Positions 37,213-47,892 of a DNA stretch of 64,000 bases are shown here, piece after piece. Position 1 is the first letter of the stretch. Every line of letters starts with the position of its first letter. Origin of the DNA: Thermodesulfobacteriota bacterium (lineage in GTDB: Bacteria; Desulfobacterota; Binatia; Bin18); NCBI GenBank assembly GCA_964291405.2, contig OZ219926.1, positions 4,128,001 to 4,192,000 on the forward strand, in the 5' to 3' direction. The position numbers and the translations under genes were made by a program. The notes beneath the pieces are model-generated. The model did not search any database and was not told the origin of the DNA. It worked only from the letters and a program-made list of their open reading frames with translations.

Positions 37213-38271
37213 ATGGAATTCGGCCTGCAATTTTTTCCTGACGTCAGTCCGGCGCAGCGCTCTGGAGAAGAGTATTGGGCCGATGCGCTCTACCTCAGCC
37301 AATTAGGTGAAGAGCTGGGTTTCACATCTATTCGGACAGTCGAACATTATTTCCACCCGTACGGAGGGTACAGTCCCAACCCCCTGTTGTTCCTGGCCGC
37401 GGTGGCTATGAGGACGGCGAAAGCCCGGCTGATTACTGGCGCGGTCTTACCGGCGTTTAATCATCCGCTCAAACTGGCAGGTGAAATCGGAATGCTGGAT
37501 GCGATCTCACATGGCCGCTTAGAAGTCGGATTTGCCCGGGCGTTTCTCCCACATGAATTTGAGCGTTTTGGGGTCACGCCAGACGAAAGCAATGCGCGGT
37601 TTGAAGAAGGGCTTGAACTTGTTCGGCGTCTGCTTGAGGAAGAACATGTGTCTGCTGAGGGACGATTTCACCAATTCAGAGATGTGACCTCTTTACCCCG
37701 TCCGACCCAAACTCCACGGCCTCCGTTTTGGCTTGCTGCATTGGCGACACCCTCGAGCTTTGAGCGTGCCGGACGGCTGGGCTACGATGTGATGGCTATT
37801 CCCCTGGCCGGTGGCCAAATGGCCGACCTGATCGGCCGTTATCGTGAAGCACGCCGACAGGCCGGCCATACCGGGCCAGGCCGTGTTATGCTCGCTTTTC
37901 ATATGTTGTGTACCGCCAGTGAGGAGCAAGCGATCAACATAGCTCGCGGCCCTTTGAATGCGTATCTCAAATCTCTGGTGGACGGCGCGTCGGGCTGGTT
38001 GGCAGGTCAATCATCTGCGGACTATCCCAACTATGACAAGATTATTGCCGTGCTGTCCAAGGAAACCTTTGAAACGCAACGTGAGAAGGGCGCAGCCTGG
38101 ATAGGCACGCCTGACGCTATCAGCCGGCAGATCAAAGACTATTATTCCAGTGTGGGTGGTTTTGATATTGCTTCAATGCAGGTGAATTTCAATGTATTGG
38201 AGCGGGCAAAGGCCGAAGCGTCCATGCGTTTATTTGCCGCCCAGGTCTTGCCGCAATTCACGCACCGGTAA
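37213..38271 (+). CDS. LLM-class flavin-dependent oxidoreductase
   Basis: VEHYF..YGGYSPNP, HPLKLA, GRLEVG, PRPTQ.PRPP. Confidence 0.92.
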   Translation: MEFGLQFFPDVSPAQRSGEEYWADALYLSQLGEELGFTSIRTVEHYFHPYGGYSPNPLLFLAAVAMRTAKARLITGAVLPAFNHPLKLAGEIGMLDAISHGRLEVGFARAFLPHEFERFGVTPDESNARFEEGLELVRRLLEEEHVSAEGRFHQFRDVTSLPRPTQTPRPPFWLAALATPSSFERAGRLGYDVMAIPLAGGQMADLIGRYREARRQAGHTGPGRVMLAFHMLCTASEEQAINIARGPLNAYLKSLVDGASGWLAGQSSADYPNYDKIIAVLSKETFETQREKGAAWIGTPDAISRQIKDYYSSVGGFDIASMQVNFNVLERAKAEASMRLFAAQVLPQFTHR

Positions 38272-38385
38272 CGTACCGAAAGCAAAGCAGGAGAACCCCG
38301 GCTTGCGCTCATGCTGCAAATCCCACATGGTGGCGACAAAATAATCTAGCTCAATTGCTATGATACACAGGAGAAAAAAGAGTCC

Positions 38386-39522
38386 ATGTCAGCCCAAGAA
38401 CATCGCTTTGCCATTATCACCGATGAAGCCCTGGATTCCCTGCGCAAGCTTATTCGTGTCCCTATCGAAGACACCTTGGAGCCGTGGTGCTATGAGGCCA
38501 CGCGCGACAACATCCGCCACTATGCACATGGTATAGGGGACGATAACCCCCTGTGGTGCGACCCGGAATATGCCGCCATAACCCACTACGGCACAATTAC
38601 CGCCCCGCCGTCGTTTGTCTTTCCGCTCAATCGGGTTCTGAGCGGCTATGTGGGCGGACTGCCGGGAATTCACGCTATGTGGGCCGGTGCGGATCTGACT
38701 TGGCATAAGCCCATATTCCGCAACGACGCTTTTACGACCAGAGCCTACTTAAAAGACCTGGTCGAGCATGAGACGCGCTTTGCCGGGCGGGCGATCCAAC
38801 AGATCTACCACGTTGATTATTACAACCAGGACAATGAGCTGGTGATCGAGGGCGATAGTTGGTGTTTTCGCACTGAGCGCGATACCGCCCGGGAGCGTGG
38901 CACAAAATACACCGAGGTCAAACAGCAGGCGCCGGTCAGTTATAGCCGCGAGCAAATCGCCGAGATCTTCGCCCAGTACGCGCAGGAAGAAGTGCGTGGG
39001 GCAACACCGCGCTACATCGAAGATGTCAGTGTTGGTGACAGCCTGCCGACCATGGTCAAAGGACCGATGACGGTTACCGGCTTTATCGCCTATGCCCAAG
39101 GCTGGGGCGGGTTATATATTCGAGCCAACCGCCTGGCCTGGAAGCAGCTCCAAAAGCATCCTGGGCTGGGCATTCCTGACCGTTTTGGCATTCCTGACGT
39201 ACCCGAGCGCGTTCACTGGGATACCGACCTCGCCCAGCGGGTCGGCACGCCCGAAGCCTATGACTATGGTCCGGAGCGCACCTCATGGATGACTCACCAT
39301 CTGACCGACTGGATAGGCGACCGGGGCTTTCTGCGACAGATTTCCGTGAAGATACGGCGTCACAATCCGGTCGGCGATACGCTCTTCATCAACGGCGAGG
39401 TGACTCGAATTTTCGAGGAAGATGGCCATCACTGTGTCGAGGTGCAGCAAAACGCCAAAAACCAGGACGGCGAACTGTCCGTGCTCAGCACCGGTGTAGT
39501 GCGGCTGCCCTCCCGAGCCTGA
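38386..39522 (+). CDS. Double hot-dog MaoC/FAS1-like dehydratase
   Basis: D.IRHYA.G.GDDNPLW.D..YA, APP.F; second hot-dog domain with H.D...A...G.P..YDYG. Confidence 0.88.
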   Translation: MSAQEHRFAIITDEALDSLRKLIRVPIEDTLEPWCYEATRDNIRHYAHGIGDDNPLWCDPEYAAITHYGTITAPPSFVFPLNRVLSGYVGGLPGIHAMWAGADLTWHKPIFRNDAFTTRAYLKDLVEHETRFAGRAIQQIYHVDYYNQDNELVIEGDSWCFRTERDTARERGTKYTEVKQQAPVSYSREQIAEIFAQYAQEEVRGATPRYIEDVSVGDSLPTMVKGPMTVTGFIAYAQGWGGLYIRANRLAWKQLQKHPGLGIPDRFGIPDVPERVHWDTDLAQRVGTPEAYDYGPERTSWMTHHLTDWIGDRGFLRQISVKIRRHNPVGDTLFINGEVTRIFEEDGHHCVEVQQNAKNQDGELSVLSTGVVRLPSRA

Positions 39523-39546
39523 GTCCCGTGGACGTGGAAGCTCCTC

Positions 39547-39572
39547 CTGGGAGTGCGGGCATCCTGCCCGCA
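39547..39572. repeat. Single REP-like palindrome
   Basis: CTGGGAGT-GCGGGCA-TCC-TGCCCGC hairpin between convergent genes. Confidence 0.5.
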
Positions 39573-39625
39573 AGATTTTGCCCGAAGATCCTGTGACAAG
39601 AGAGCGCCAACCGGTGATGTGGACG

Positions 39626-40309
39626 CTACACAATCCGGTGCTCTTCGGTAATCAGAGTGAATGCTGATGCCGGGTCAACGAACTTTGCACCATCCGGCTG
39701 AGCGTGATCTTTGTACTCCGCCGACGCCAGGGCAAAATTCAGGTCGCCCAGGGTCTCAAACCACAGCTCGGCCACCCCATCGTACTGCGGCTCACCCCGC
39801 TCATACGCCGAAGGCAGAGCGTGGCACTGAACGTAGCGCTGCACACCAGGCATGGCGAGCGCCAGTGGGCCGTGCACGTCCTTCCAGTAGCGGAAGAACT
39901 CCTCCCGGTCCCAGTCAGGCTTGCGTTTGATAAAGGACAGCCGTTTGACCCGCGGCTCGGGACTGTTGGATTGCTCGCCTCTGCGCAGCACATGGTCTGC
40001 GGTGACGAGCCGCGCTACGTTTTGGACATCTGCAAAATTCGGTTCATCCGCGTACGCGCCTTCGCGATATTCCTTGCTCAGAAAGGCGGCGGTGATGGCG
40101 GCTTCGCTATCCATCCAGATTTCCACCACACCGTCATAGGCTTGGCTCCGGCTCACCACGGTCGAGCTGTGGTTTTGCACATAGCCGCGCAGACCGGGCA
40201 TACGCTTGGCGAGTGGGGCGTGCACTTCGCGCCAGTGGCGTGAGAAGTCCGCCAAGCTGAGACCATCTTTCCGCTTAAAGGCAATGAGTAAGTGGGCCAT
40301 TCTATCCAT
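39626..40309 (-). CDS. Tandem EthD-domain protein
   Basis: Two EthD repeats; paralog of 5360-6031. Confidence 0.9.
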   Translation of the reverse strand: MDRMAHLLIAFKRKDGLSLADFSRHWREVHAPLAKRMPGLRGYVQNHSSTVVSRSQAYDGVVEIWMDSEAAITAAFLSKEYREGAYADEPNFADVQNVARLVTADHVLRRGEQSNSPEPRVKRLSFIKRKPDWDREEFFRYWKDVHGPLALAMPGVQRYVQCHALPSAYERGEPQYDGVAELWFETLGDLNFALASAEYKDHAQPDGAKFVDPASAFTLITEEHRIV

Positions 40310-40410
40310 CCTCCTCGCGATAGGGAGGGTATGATTTTTTCACAGCCTGGGCAAGCGCGAATCGGTTGTGTCGATGTACCCACGGGCGAACGGTGAGGTA
40401 TGGAAGAGCG

Positions 40411-41310
40411 TCAGAACGACCCGGCCTCGATGTCCTGAATAAATTGCACCACGTCCCGAAAATACGCCTCCTGATCGTCATACATGGCGCAATGGCTGCC
40501 ATTTTCACACACGGCGACGCGCGAGTTGGGGATCAACTCACCCATGCGTTCAATCTCGGACACACGCATGGTGTCGAAGTGCGCGCCGGAGACCAGGGTC
40601 GGACACTGAATCCGGTGCAGGTCCGCCCAGCGGTCCCAGTCCTTGAACGTGCCGGTCACCACAAACTCGTTCGGGCCCTGCATGGTGTTATAGACCGGCT
40701 TGGCCAGGTTGCGGAACATGCGTACCAGCGGTTCCGGCCAGGGGTCGAGCCGGCATAGATGCTGACGGTACACATGGGTGAACAGGGTCTCCTCGTATTC
40801 CGGCGCTGCATAGTCCTCGGTCGCCTCATATTTTTCAAGAACACGCAGGACCTCGGGCGACTGCTGGGCGCGCAACTCGTTGATATACGCGACATAGGCC
40901 GGAATGCTGGCGGTCATATTGGAGAGAATGAGTCCCTTGAGGTGCTGCTGATAGGCCAGGGCATACTCCATGCCGAGCAGCCCACCCCAGGAATGGCCGA
41001 GCAGATAGAAGTGCTCCAGCCCAAGCGCGCGCCGGACCTGTTCGACTTCTTCCCGAAAACGCTCCACCGTCCACAGGCTGGTATCGTCCGGCTGGTCGGA
41101 ATAGGCCGAGCCGAGCTGGTCGTAGTAAATAATCTGAATATCATGCTGCGGCAGGAAGTCTTCAAAGCACTCAAAATACTCATGCGTGCAGCCAGGCCCG
41201 CCGTGCAGGGTGAGGAGGGGAATCGACCCGGAGCCAAAGCGCTTGGTCCAGACGGTGTACTTGCCATCAATCGGGATCATCTCAACCCCACCGGTTTTGA
41301 TATTTTGCAT
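40411..41310 (-). CDS. pip: Proline iminopeptidase-family alpha/beta hydrolase
   Basis: HGGPG, YDQLG..SD.P, GHSWGG, GSH. Confidence 0.88.
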   Translation of the reverse strand: MQNIKTGGVEMIPIDGKYTVWTKRFGSGSIPLLTLHGGPGCTHEYFECFEDFLPQHDIQIIYYDQLGSAYSDQPDDTSLWTVERFREEVEQVRRALGLEHFYLLGHSWGGLLGMEYALAYQQHLKGLILSNMTASIPAYVAYINELRAQQSPEVLRVLEKYEATEDYAAPEYEETLFTHVYRQHLCRLDPWPEPLVRMFRNLAKPVYNTMQGPNEFVVTGTFKDWDRWADLHRIQCPTLVSGAHFDTMRVSEIERMGELIPNSRVAVCENGSHCAMYDDQEAYFRDVVQFIQDIEAGSF

Positions 41311-41499
41311 AATCTTATTCCCCTTGATTGCGTGGTGTGCCTGCCCGGTTTCCGGTATAACACTGCTCGGCCTGACCTGACCAGAGCGGCTTTTCCCCGA
41401 AAATGAGAAACTTTTAATCTTGATCTCATCTTTCTCTCATATGCAGTTGCCATACTGAACGTCAAAGAACACAGCAATGCTCATGAGAGGAGGAGTACG

Positions 41500-42969
41500 A
41501 TGCAGACGAAGAAAAAAGTAATAATCGGAACACTGGCGGTTTCCCTGGCCTTCGGGGGCTTTACCTTAGGTCGGGTGACCCAAATGGACGTGGTCCAAGC
41601 AGCGCCGGAAACGGCAGCTCCCAGGCTCTCCATAACGCCGTCCGGATTACCCTCATTTGCCGACCTGGCCGACCATGTCTCGCCGGCTGTGGTCCATGTG
41701 CGTGTTGTTGGCGTAGAAAGGGCGGCTGAGCGTGGTCCCCGTTTTGGCGGTCCACGGAGTCCGTTCGGTCCTCAGTTCCCGTTCCCGCCCGGATTTGGCG
41801 ACCCGCGCCCTCACCAGGGTATACCGCGTCGCAGCTCCGGCTCCGGATTTATCATCCGCAACGACGGGCTGATCATCACCAATAACCATGTGGTTGAGGG
41901 CGCCAACGAGATTATGGTGACTCTTCCGGATGAGCGCGAATATCAGGCAAAGATCCTCGGCCGTGACCCCAAAACCGACCTGGCTGTGCTCAAGGTTGAA
42001 TCCGAGCAGGATTTGCCGGTCGCGAACCTTGGCGATTCCGAAGACGTCCGCGTCGGTGACTGGGTCATGGCCATTGGCAACCCGTTTGGGCTGAGCAATA
42101 CCGTGACCGCCGGTATCGTCAGTGCCAAAGGTCGAACCATCGGGGCCGGTCCGTACGACGACTTTATCCAGACCGACGCCTCCATTAACCCCGGTAACTC
42201 GGGGGGGCCGCTGTTTAACGAAAAAGGCGAGGTCGTTGGCATCAACACCGCGATCTTCGGCAATGGCGGCGGGAATATCGGTATTGGTTTTGCCATCCCG
42301 ATCAACTTGGCCAAGCAGCTCGTACCCGACCTGGAGACCAAGGGCCATGTGACGCGCGGTTGGCTGGGAGTCACCATCCAGAAGATGACCACAGAGTTGG
42401 CGGAATCCCTCGGTCTCGACGAGCCAAGTGGAGCCCTGGTGGCCGATGTCACCACAGACAGCCCGGCCGATAAAGGCGGCCTGGAACGTGGCGATGTCAT
42501 TGTCGGCTACGACGGCCACACGGTGAAAGAGAATGCCGACCTGCCTCTGCTGGTCGCCAACACAAAAGCCGGAACGAAAGTTCCTATTGATGTGGTGCGC
42601 GATGGAAAGACCCGGAGGCTCACGGTTGAAATCGCCAAACTTGACGAACCCGAAGTCGCCAGCGGACCTGCGGCCGCCAAAAGAGGCAAGTGGGGGATGG
42701 CGCTGCGTGAGCTCACGCCGGAAGAGCGAGACCGAATGCGTCTTAAAGCAGGTGAGGGGGTCATTGTGGCTGGCGTGCGGCCCGACAGTCCGGCTGCGGC
42801 CGCTGGAGTCCGTGAGGGGGACGTGATCCTTGAGGTCAACCGAGCCCCGGTCAAAACGGTGGACGAACTCAAAAAGGCAATCGCCACAGTGACGGAAGAC
42901 AAACCGTTACTGCTCCTGCTCCGACGGAACAACGGCGTGAACCACTACGCCTCTCTGGCGGCGAAATAG
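41500..42969 (+). CDS. DegP/DegQ (HtrA) protease, two PDZ domains
   Basis: TNNHVV, DLA, QTDASINPGNSGGPL, PDZ repeats. Confidence 0.95.
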   Translation: MQTKKKVIIGTLAVSLAFGGFTLGRVTQMDVVQAAPETAAPRLSITPSGLPSFADLADHVSPAVVHVRVVGVERAAERGPRFGGPRSPFGPQFPFPPGFGDPRPHQGIPRRSSGSGFIIRNDGLIITNNHVVEGANEIMVTLPDEREYQAKILGRDPKTDLAVLKVESEQDLPVANLGDSEDVRVGDWVMAIGNPFGLSNTVTAGIVSAKGRTIGAGPYDDFIQTDASINPGNSGGPLFNEKGEVVGINTAIFGNGGGNIGIGFAIPINLAKQLVPDLETKGHVTRGWLGVTIQKMTTELAESLGLDEPSGALVADVTTDSPADKGGLERGDVIVGYDGHTVKENADLPLLVANTKAGTKVPIDVVRDGKTRRLTVEIAKLDEPEVASGPAAAKRGKWGMALRELTPEERDRMRLKAGEGVIVAGVRPDSPAAAAGVREGDVILEVNRAPVKTVDELKKAIATVTEDKPLLLLLRRNNGVNHYASLAAK

Positions 42970-43021
42970 TCCATCGCTCTCATTCGCTCGCCAGACGTGT
43001 GGGACTGCTAGGCTGGAGATC

Positions 43022-43113
43022 ACCCACCCCGCCGCTGACGCGGCACCCCTCCCAAGAGGGGATGTGTATTACTCCCCTCCTCGGAGGGGTGGCCGAAGGC
43101 TGGGGTGGGTTCC
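43022..43113. repeat. REP-like inverted doublet (family A)
   Basis: Same two units as at 2229-2331, in the opposite order. Confidence 0.8.
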
Positions 43114-43249
43114 TTTTCGTGTCTACACGTCCTGAGAGAGGGGTTTTCCGAGTGGGGGACCGCCCACCCTGGGGGATTGCAGAAATATCTAGAACAGGTA
43201 AGGCTTGCAGACGGACGACGAATTCACGACGGAAGAAGGAGAAGGATTC

Positions 43250-44104
43250 ATGCACAAAACATTCACATCTCGGTTTCTCCACTGCTGCATCGCTCTGAGT
43301 ATTGGCCTGCTCTTCGCCGGTCAGGCCCGTGCCGACCATCACGCCGCGGCAGAAGGCGTCGATCCTGCCCTGCAAGCCGCCATTGACGGGGAACATCGCT
43401 CGGCCGAGCACAAGGCACGCGACCAATACCGCCATCCCGCGCAAACCCTGACCTGGATGGGGCTCAAGCCGGATATGACGGTGGTCGAAATCTCACCGTC
43501 AAGAGGCTGGTACACCGAGATTCTGGCTCCCTATCTGAAAGACCAGGGGAGCTTCTATCTGGCCGGGTTCGATAGGGAATCAGAGGTTGCGTACATGAAG
43601 CGGCTGAACGCCCTCTTGGACGAGAAACTGGCTGCTAATCCCGAGGTGTACGGTACGCCAACAGTGACTGAACTCGCCCCGCCCAACAAGGTTGATATTG
43701 CCCCCGCAGGCTCGGCGGACATGGTGCTGACCTTCCGCAACGTCCACAACTGGATGAGCGCCGGGACGGCCGACGGGGTTTTTGCCGCCATGTATGCAGC
43801 GCTCAAGCCGGGCGGGATTCTCGGTCTGGTGGAGCACCGGGCCGATCCCAACACGGAACAGGACCCCAAGGCGTCTTCGGGTTATGTCACCGAGGCAGAG
43901 ACCGTTCGAATGGCAGAAAAAGCGGGCTTCAAGCTCGTGGACCAGACTGAGATCAACGCCAATCCGAAAGATACACGCGATCATCCTAAAGGCGTGTGGA
44001 CCCTGCCACCCGCTCTCAGTCTCGGAGACGAGGACAGGGAAAAGTATCTGGCGATTGGAGAGAGCGACCGTATGACGCTCAAGTTCAAGAAGCCGGCGGA
44101 GTGA
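43250..44104 (+). CDS. Exported class I SAM-dependent methyltransferase-like protein
   Basis: RDQYRHP..TL, VVEI.P..GWYTEILAP, LTFRN.HNW, LKPGG.L, IGESDRM. Confidence 0.88.
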   Translation: MHKTFTSRFLHCCIALSIGLLFAGQARADHHAAAEGVDPALQAAIDGEHRSAEHKARDQYRHPAQTLTWMGLKPDMTVVEISPSRGWYTEILAPYLKDQGSFYLAGFDRESEVAYMKRLNALLDEKLAANPEVYGTPTVTELAPPNKVDIAPAGSADMVLTFRNVHNWMSAGTADGVFAAMYAALKPGGILGLVEHRADPNTEQDPKASSGYVTEAETVRMAEKAGFKLVDQTEINANPKDTRDHPKGVWTLPPALSLGDEDREKYLAIGESDRMTLKFKKPAE

Positions 44105-44122
44105 AGAATCCTCGCCCGAGCG

Positions 44123-44605
44123 CTATTCGCTGCTCATGCGCGCGATTTCCTGAACTGCCTTGACAATGCTGGCATAGCCGGTGCAGCGGCACAGATTGCC
44201 GGCTATGCCGTGCCGAATCTCCGCCTCGGTCGGGTCCGGCTTTTCTTTCAGCAGTTGCTGAACCGACAACACCATGCCGGGGGTGCAAAAGCCGCACTGT
44301 AAGGCGTGGTGTTTGACAAAGGCGTCCTGGATCGGATGCAGGTCGCCCGATTGCCTTGTGTCTTGTGTCCAGCCCTCAATGGTGGTGACCGTGGAGCCCG
44401 CGACATCGGCAGCCAGAATGGTACACGCCTTGACCGTCAGACCGTCAAGCACGACGGTGCACGCGCCGCAATTGCCGGTGGCACAGCCGAGATGGGTGCC
44501 GGTGAGGTCGAGCTGATCACGCAAAAAATCAACCAGGAGCGTACGCGTATCGACTGTGGCTTCACACGGCGTATTGTTTACTGTCAGTTGAATGGTAGTG
44601 TGCAT
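44123..44605 (-). CDS. Mo-hydroxylase 2Fe-2S small subunit (CoxS-like)
   Basis: GC..G.CGAC, QCGFCTPG, NLCRCTGY. Confidence 0.95.
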   Translation of the reverse strand: MHTTIQLTVNNTPCEATVDTRTLLVDFLRDQLDLTGTHLGCATGNCGACTVVLDGLTVKACTILAADVAGSTVTTIEGWTQDTRQSGDLHPIQDAFVKHHALQCGFCTPGMVLSVQQLLKEKPDPTEAEIRHGIAGNLCRCTGYASIVKAVQEIARMSSE

Positions 44606-44623
44606 AGCCTTCTATCCCATTTC

Positions 44624-45502
44624 TTACGCCGCCCGTTCCAACGCCGTCTTCACCGCCCGGCGAGTAAACACCCGGACCATCTCTCGTTTGTAATCCGCGT
44701 CGGCGTGCAACTCTGCGACCGGGTCGTAAGCCGTCTCATATGCGGCGGTCGCAACCGCCTCGACAAAGGCGTCGTCTACGGCCCTGCCCGTCAGAGTGTT
44801 CTCGATAGCGGTCAAACGGACCGGGACGGGGGCTGCGCCGCAGATGCCGACCCGGATGGACAGACAGGTCCTATCCGGGTTGAGCCGAAGGCACACGCCC
44901 ACGCCGACAATGGCAAAGCCGCCCTCCACCCTAGTGAATTTCACGTAGGCCGTGCCGGTGTCCGGGGACAGAACAGGAACGCGGATTGCGGTCAGAACTT
45001 CATCCGCAGCCAGACTGGTGGTCATATAATCAACAAAGACGTCTTTGGCGGCAACGGTTCGCTCGCCGCTTGGGCCAACAATCCGAAAGGCTGCGTCAAG
45101 CAGGACGAGGACGGGTGGATAGTCAGCCGCGGGATCAAAATGGCCAATCGAGCCACCTAGTGTTCCGCGGTTACGAATCTGGACATCGCCAATACAGGCC
45201 GCGGTCTCGCTCAGGATCGGACAGTGGGTTTGTACAACCTCAGACTCGGCCAGGGCGCGGTGGGTAACCCCTGCTCCTATGGTCAGTGTCTCCCCGTTCC
45301 GGCGAATAGAGTCGAGACCGGCGACATGGTTGAGGCTGACGATATGGGCCGGTGCGACCAGGCCGAGGTTCATGCTCGGCATCAGCGACTGCCCCCCGGC
45401 CAGCAGCTTTGCGTCTTCGCCGTTTTGGGCGCACTGGGATAAGAGGCGGACGGTTTCGTCGATCGAATGCGGCCTATGGAGCTGAAAGGGTGCGCGTATC
45501 AT
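44624..45502 (-). CDS. Mo-hydroxylase FAD medium subunit (CoxM-like)
   Basis: AGGQSL, IRNRGTLGG, DPAAD. Confidence 0.95.
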   Translation of the reverse strand: MIRAPFQLHRPHSIDETVRLLSQCAQNGEDAKLLAGGQSLMPSMNLGLVAPAHIVSLNHVAGLDSIRRNGETLTIGAGVTHRALAESEVVQTHCPILSETAACIGDVQIRNRGTLGGSIGHFDPAADYPPVLVLLDAAFRIVGPSGERTVAAKDVFVDYMTTSLAADEVLTAIRVPVLSPDTGTAYVKFTRVEGGFAIVGVGVCLRLNPDRTCLSIRVGICGAAPVPVRLTAIENTLTGRAVDDAFVEAVATAAYETAYDPVAELHADADYKREMVRVFTRRAVKTALERAA

Positions 45503-47892
45503 GCGTCTGCCCCTCCGTTATTGCCATTCTTGGCCGCTTGAATCATGCGCCACACACGTTGTGGAGTCAGCGGGGTATCGTGAATTCTCACCCCAAAGGG
45601 CGCGAGGGCGTTTTCCACCGCACCGACGATAGTCCCGAACGGACTGGACACGCCGGACTCGCCCGCGCCCTTGGTGCCGAGTGGTGTAAACGGGCTTGGG
45701 ACTTCCTGGTGGTGAATCTCAACGCTCGGCACTTCCACGGCGGTGGGCAGGGTATAGTCCATGAACGTCCCGGTCTGGAGTTGGCCGTTGTCATCATAGC
45801 TGAGCTGTTCATAGATCAGCCCCCCGAGTCCCTGTGCGACGGCGCCCTGAAACTGCCCCTCCACCAATAAGGGATTGATGACGGTGCCGCAGTCGTGGAC
45901 GGTTACATAGCGCAGGAGGGTGATGACGCCGGTTTCAATATCTACCTCCACCACGGCCACGCAGGCCGCATAGGGATAAGAGGGATAGGTGTTGATCCGG
46001 CCTTTGTCGTCCGGCACGTGGTGGATATTGCCCATGCGGAAATAGCGCGTGGACTCCAAACCCGGCTCCATATCAAAGGCGTGATGGTCGAAGGGGCGTT
46101 TGTGGACATACTCGGCAACTTCGTTAAACGCCACTTCTTGGTCAGCCTGCCCCCTGACGCGAATACGGCCCTGTTCACAGTCCAGGTCTTCAGGCGCCGC
46201 TTTCAGCATACTCGCCGCAACCCGCAACACCTTATGGTGCACTTCCCGGGCCGCGTACAGCGAAGCTGAGCCTCCCATGAACAGGCTGCGCGAGCTCCAG
46301 TTACCCAGTCCATAGGGACATGCCTGGGTATCACCCTGCACGACCCTGACGGTACTGAGCGGAACGCCGAGGGTATCTGCCACAATCTGGGCAATGCCGG
46401 TTTCATTGCCCGAGCCGGGCGAGGTGACACCGGTCAGGACGGTGACTTGCCCACTCGGGCTGACGCGGACGGTGGCACCTTCATAGCCGCCGATAAAAGA
46501 GTCGGGAATGCAGCCGCCTTCGGGCGTGAGCTCAAAACCCACGCCCATGCCAATATACCGGCCCTGGGCGCGGAGGCGCTGTTGTTCTTCGGCAAAGCCG
46601 TGGTAGCCGGCCTTGTCCATGACGTCCTGCAACGCCTTGGCATAATCACCGCTATCCAGGGTTGCTCCCGAGATTTGCACATAAGGAAACTCGTCCTTGG
46701 GCACAAAATTCTTGAGCCGCACCGCGGCGCGGTCCATCTGGACCGTATCGGCAACCCGGTCCATGACGCGGTCCATGAGAAAAGAGGCCGCCTCCTTGCC
46801 AAACCCGCGATACGCATTCCAGGGGCCCTTGTTGGTGACCACGATGGACAGGTCTACCTCACAGTTCGGGATTTTGTACGGGCCGGGCACGACAAAGGAC
46901 GCCACATAGGACATGCCCCAACCGGCCACCGCGGCCAGGGCGCCGACGTCGCCAATGATGCGAACCTTGAGGCCGACCACGGTTCCGTCCGCCTTGCAGG
47001 CGACCGAGAACCTGAGGGTTTGCTCACGGGCATGACCGCCGGCCATCAAATGTTCGGTGCGCTCTTCGATCCATTTGACTGGCTTACCGGTCTGCTTCGA
47101 CAGCAGGCAGGCCAGCGGGTCTTCCTGATAGGTCGGAATCTTGACCCCAAATGCGCCACCCACCTGGGGCTGAATCACCTGGATGTCGTTTTCATCCATC
47201 TGCAAGGTGCTGGCCAAGGTGGTGCGTAGGGGATGGGGCGCTTGGGTGGAGACCCACAGGGTCAGGCGTTCAGCGCGGTCATCATAATGCGCCAGGGCCG
47301 CGCGTGGCTCCAGCGGCGTGGCCGTATGCCGGTGCAGGCGGAGGGTGTCGTCGAGGATATGGTCGGCGTCGGCAAAAGCTTGCTCACTATCACCGCCCTG
47401 AAAGCGAACGTGCATTAGTTCGTTGGTTTCCCATTCGGGGTAGAGCAGGGGGGAGTCCGGCTCCAGGGCCCGTTCGGCATCGATTACCACCGGTAGGTCC
47501 GCGTACTCGACTTCGATCAGGTTGGCCGCCTCGGTCGCGGCGTGTCTGGTATCGGCCACCACCGCGGCCACCGGCGTGCCGACATAATGTACCCGGTCAA
47601 TCGCCAGGCAGTAGATGTCGGTCGTTTTTCCCCCAAAGGCGCTGGGGTTTAACGTATGCGGAATGGGCTTGCTCCACTGCTTGATATCCGCCCCGGTGGC
47701 AACGATGCGCACGCCTGGGTGTTGCTGCGCCGCGTCGGTATTGATGCTGAGAATCCGGGCGTGGGCATAGGGACTGCGGACAACGGCCATATAGCCCATG
47801 TCCGGCAGACTCACGTCTGCGGTGTATTGTCCCTTGCCAGCCACGAGTTTGGTATCCAGGATGCCACTGACCGCACTACCTACATATGCCAT
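45499..47892 (-). CDS. Xanthine-oxidase-family molybdopterin large subunit (CoxL-like, substrate unknown)
   Basis: GGAFG.K, AYRGFG, GQFQG...QG.G, KGAGE. Confidence 0.93.
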   Translation of the reverse strand: MAYVGSAVSGILDTKLVAGKGQYTADVSLPDMGYMAVVRSPYAHARILSINTDAAQQHPGVRIVATGADIKQWSKPIPHTLNPSAFGGKTTDIYCLAIDRVHYVGTPVAAVVADTRHAATEAANLIEVEYADLPVVIDAERALEPDSPLLYPEWETNELMHVRFQGGDSEQAFADADHILDDTLRLHRHTATPLEPRAALAHYDDRAERLTLWVSTQAPHPLRTTLASTLQMDENDIQVIQPQVGGAFGVKIPTYQEDPLACLLSKQTGKPVKWIEERTEHLMAGGHAREQTLRFSVACKADGTVVGLKVRIIGDVGALAAVAGWGMSYVASFVVPGPYKIPNCEVDLSIVVTNKGPWNAYRGFGKEAASFLMDRVMDRVADTVQMDRAAVRLKNFVPKDEFPYVQISGATLDSGDYAKALQDVMDKAGYHGFAEEQQRLRAQGRYIGMGVGFELTPEGGCIPDSFIGGYEGATVRVSPSGQVTVLTGVTSPGSGNETGIAQIVADTLGVPLSTVRVVQGDTQACPYGLGNWSSRSLFMGGSASLYAAREVHHKVLRVAASMLKAAPEDLDCEQGRIRVRGQADQEVAFNEVAEYVHKRPFDHHAFDMEPGLESTRYFRMGNIHHVPDDKGRINTYPSYPYAACVAVVEVDIETGVITLLRYVTVHDCGTVINPLLVEGQFQGAVAQGLGGLIYEQLSYDDNGQLQTGTFMDYTLPTAVEVPSVEIHHQEVPSPFTPLGTKGAGESGVSSPFGTIVGAVENALAPFGVRIHDTPLTPQRVWRMIQAAKNGNNGGADA

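Noticed and set aside
45499-47892. Aerobic CO dehydrogenase call
   Set aside because: Lacks the AYxCSFR motif and the cox accessory genes
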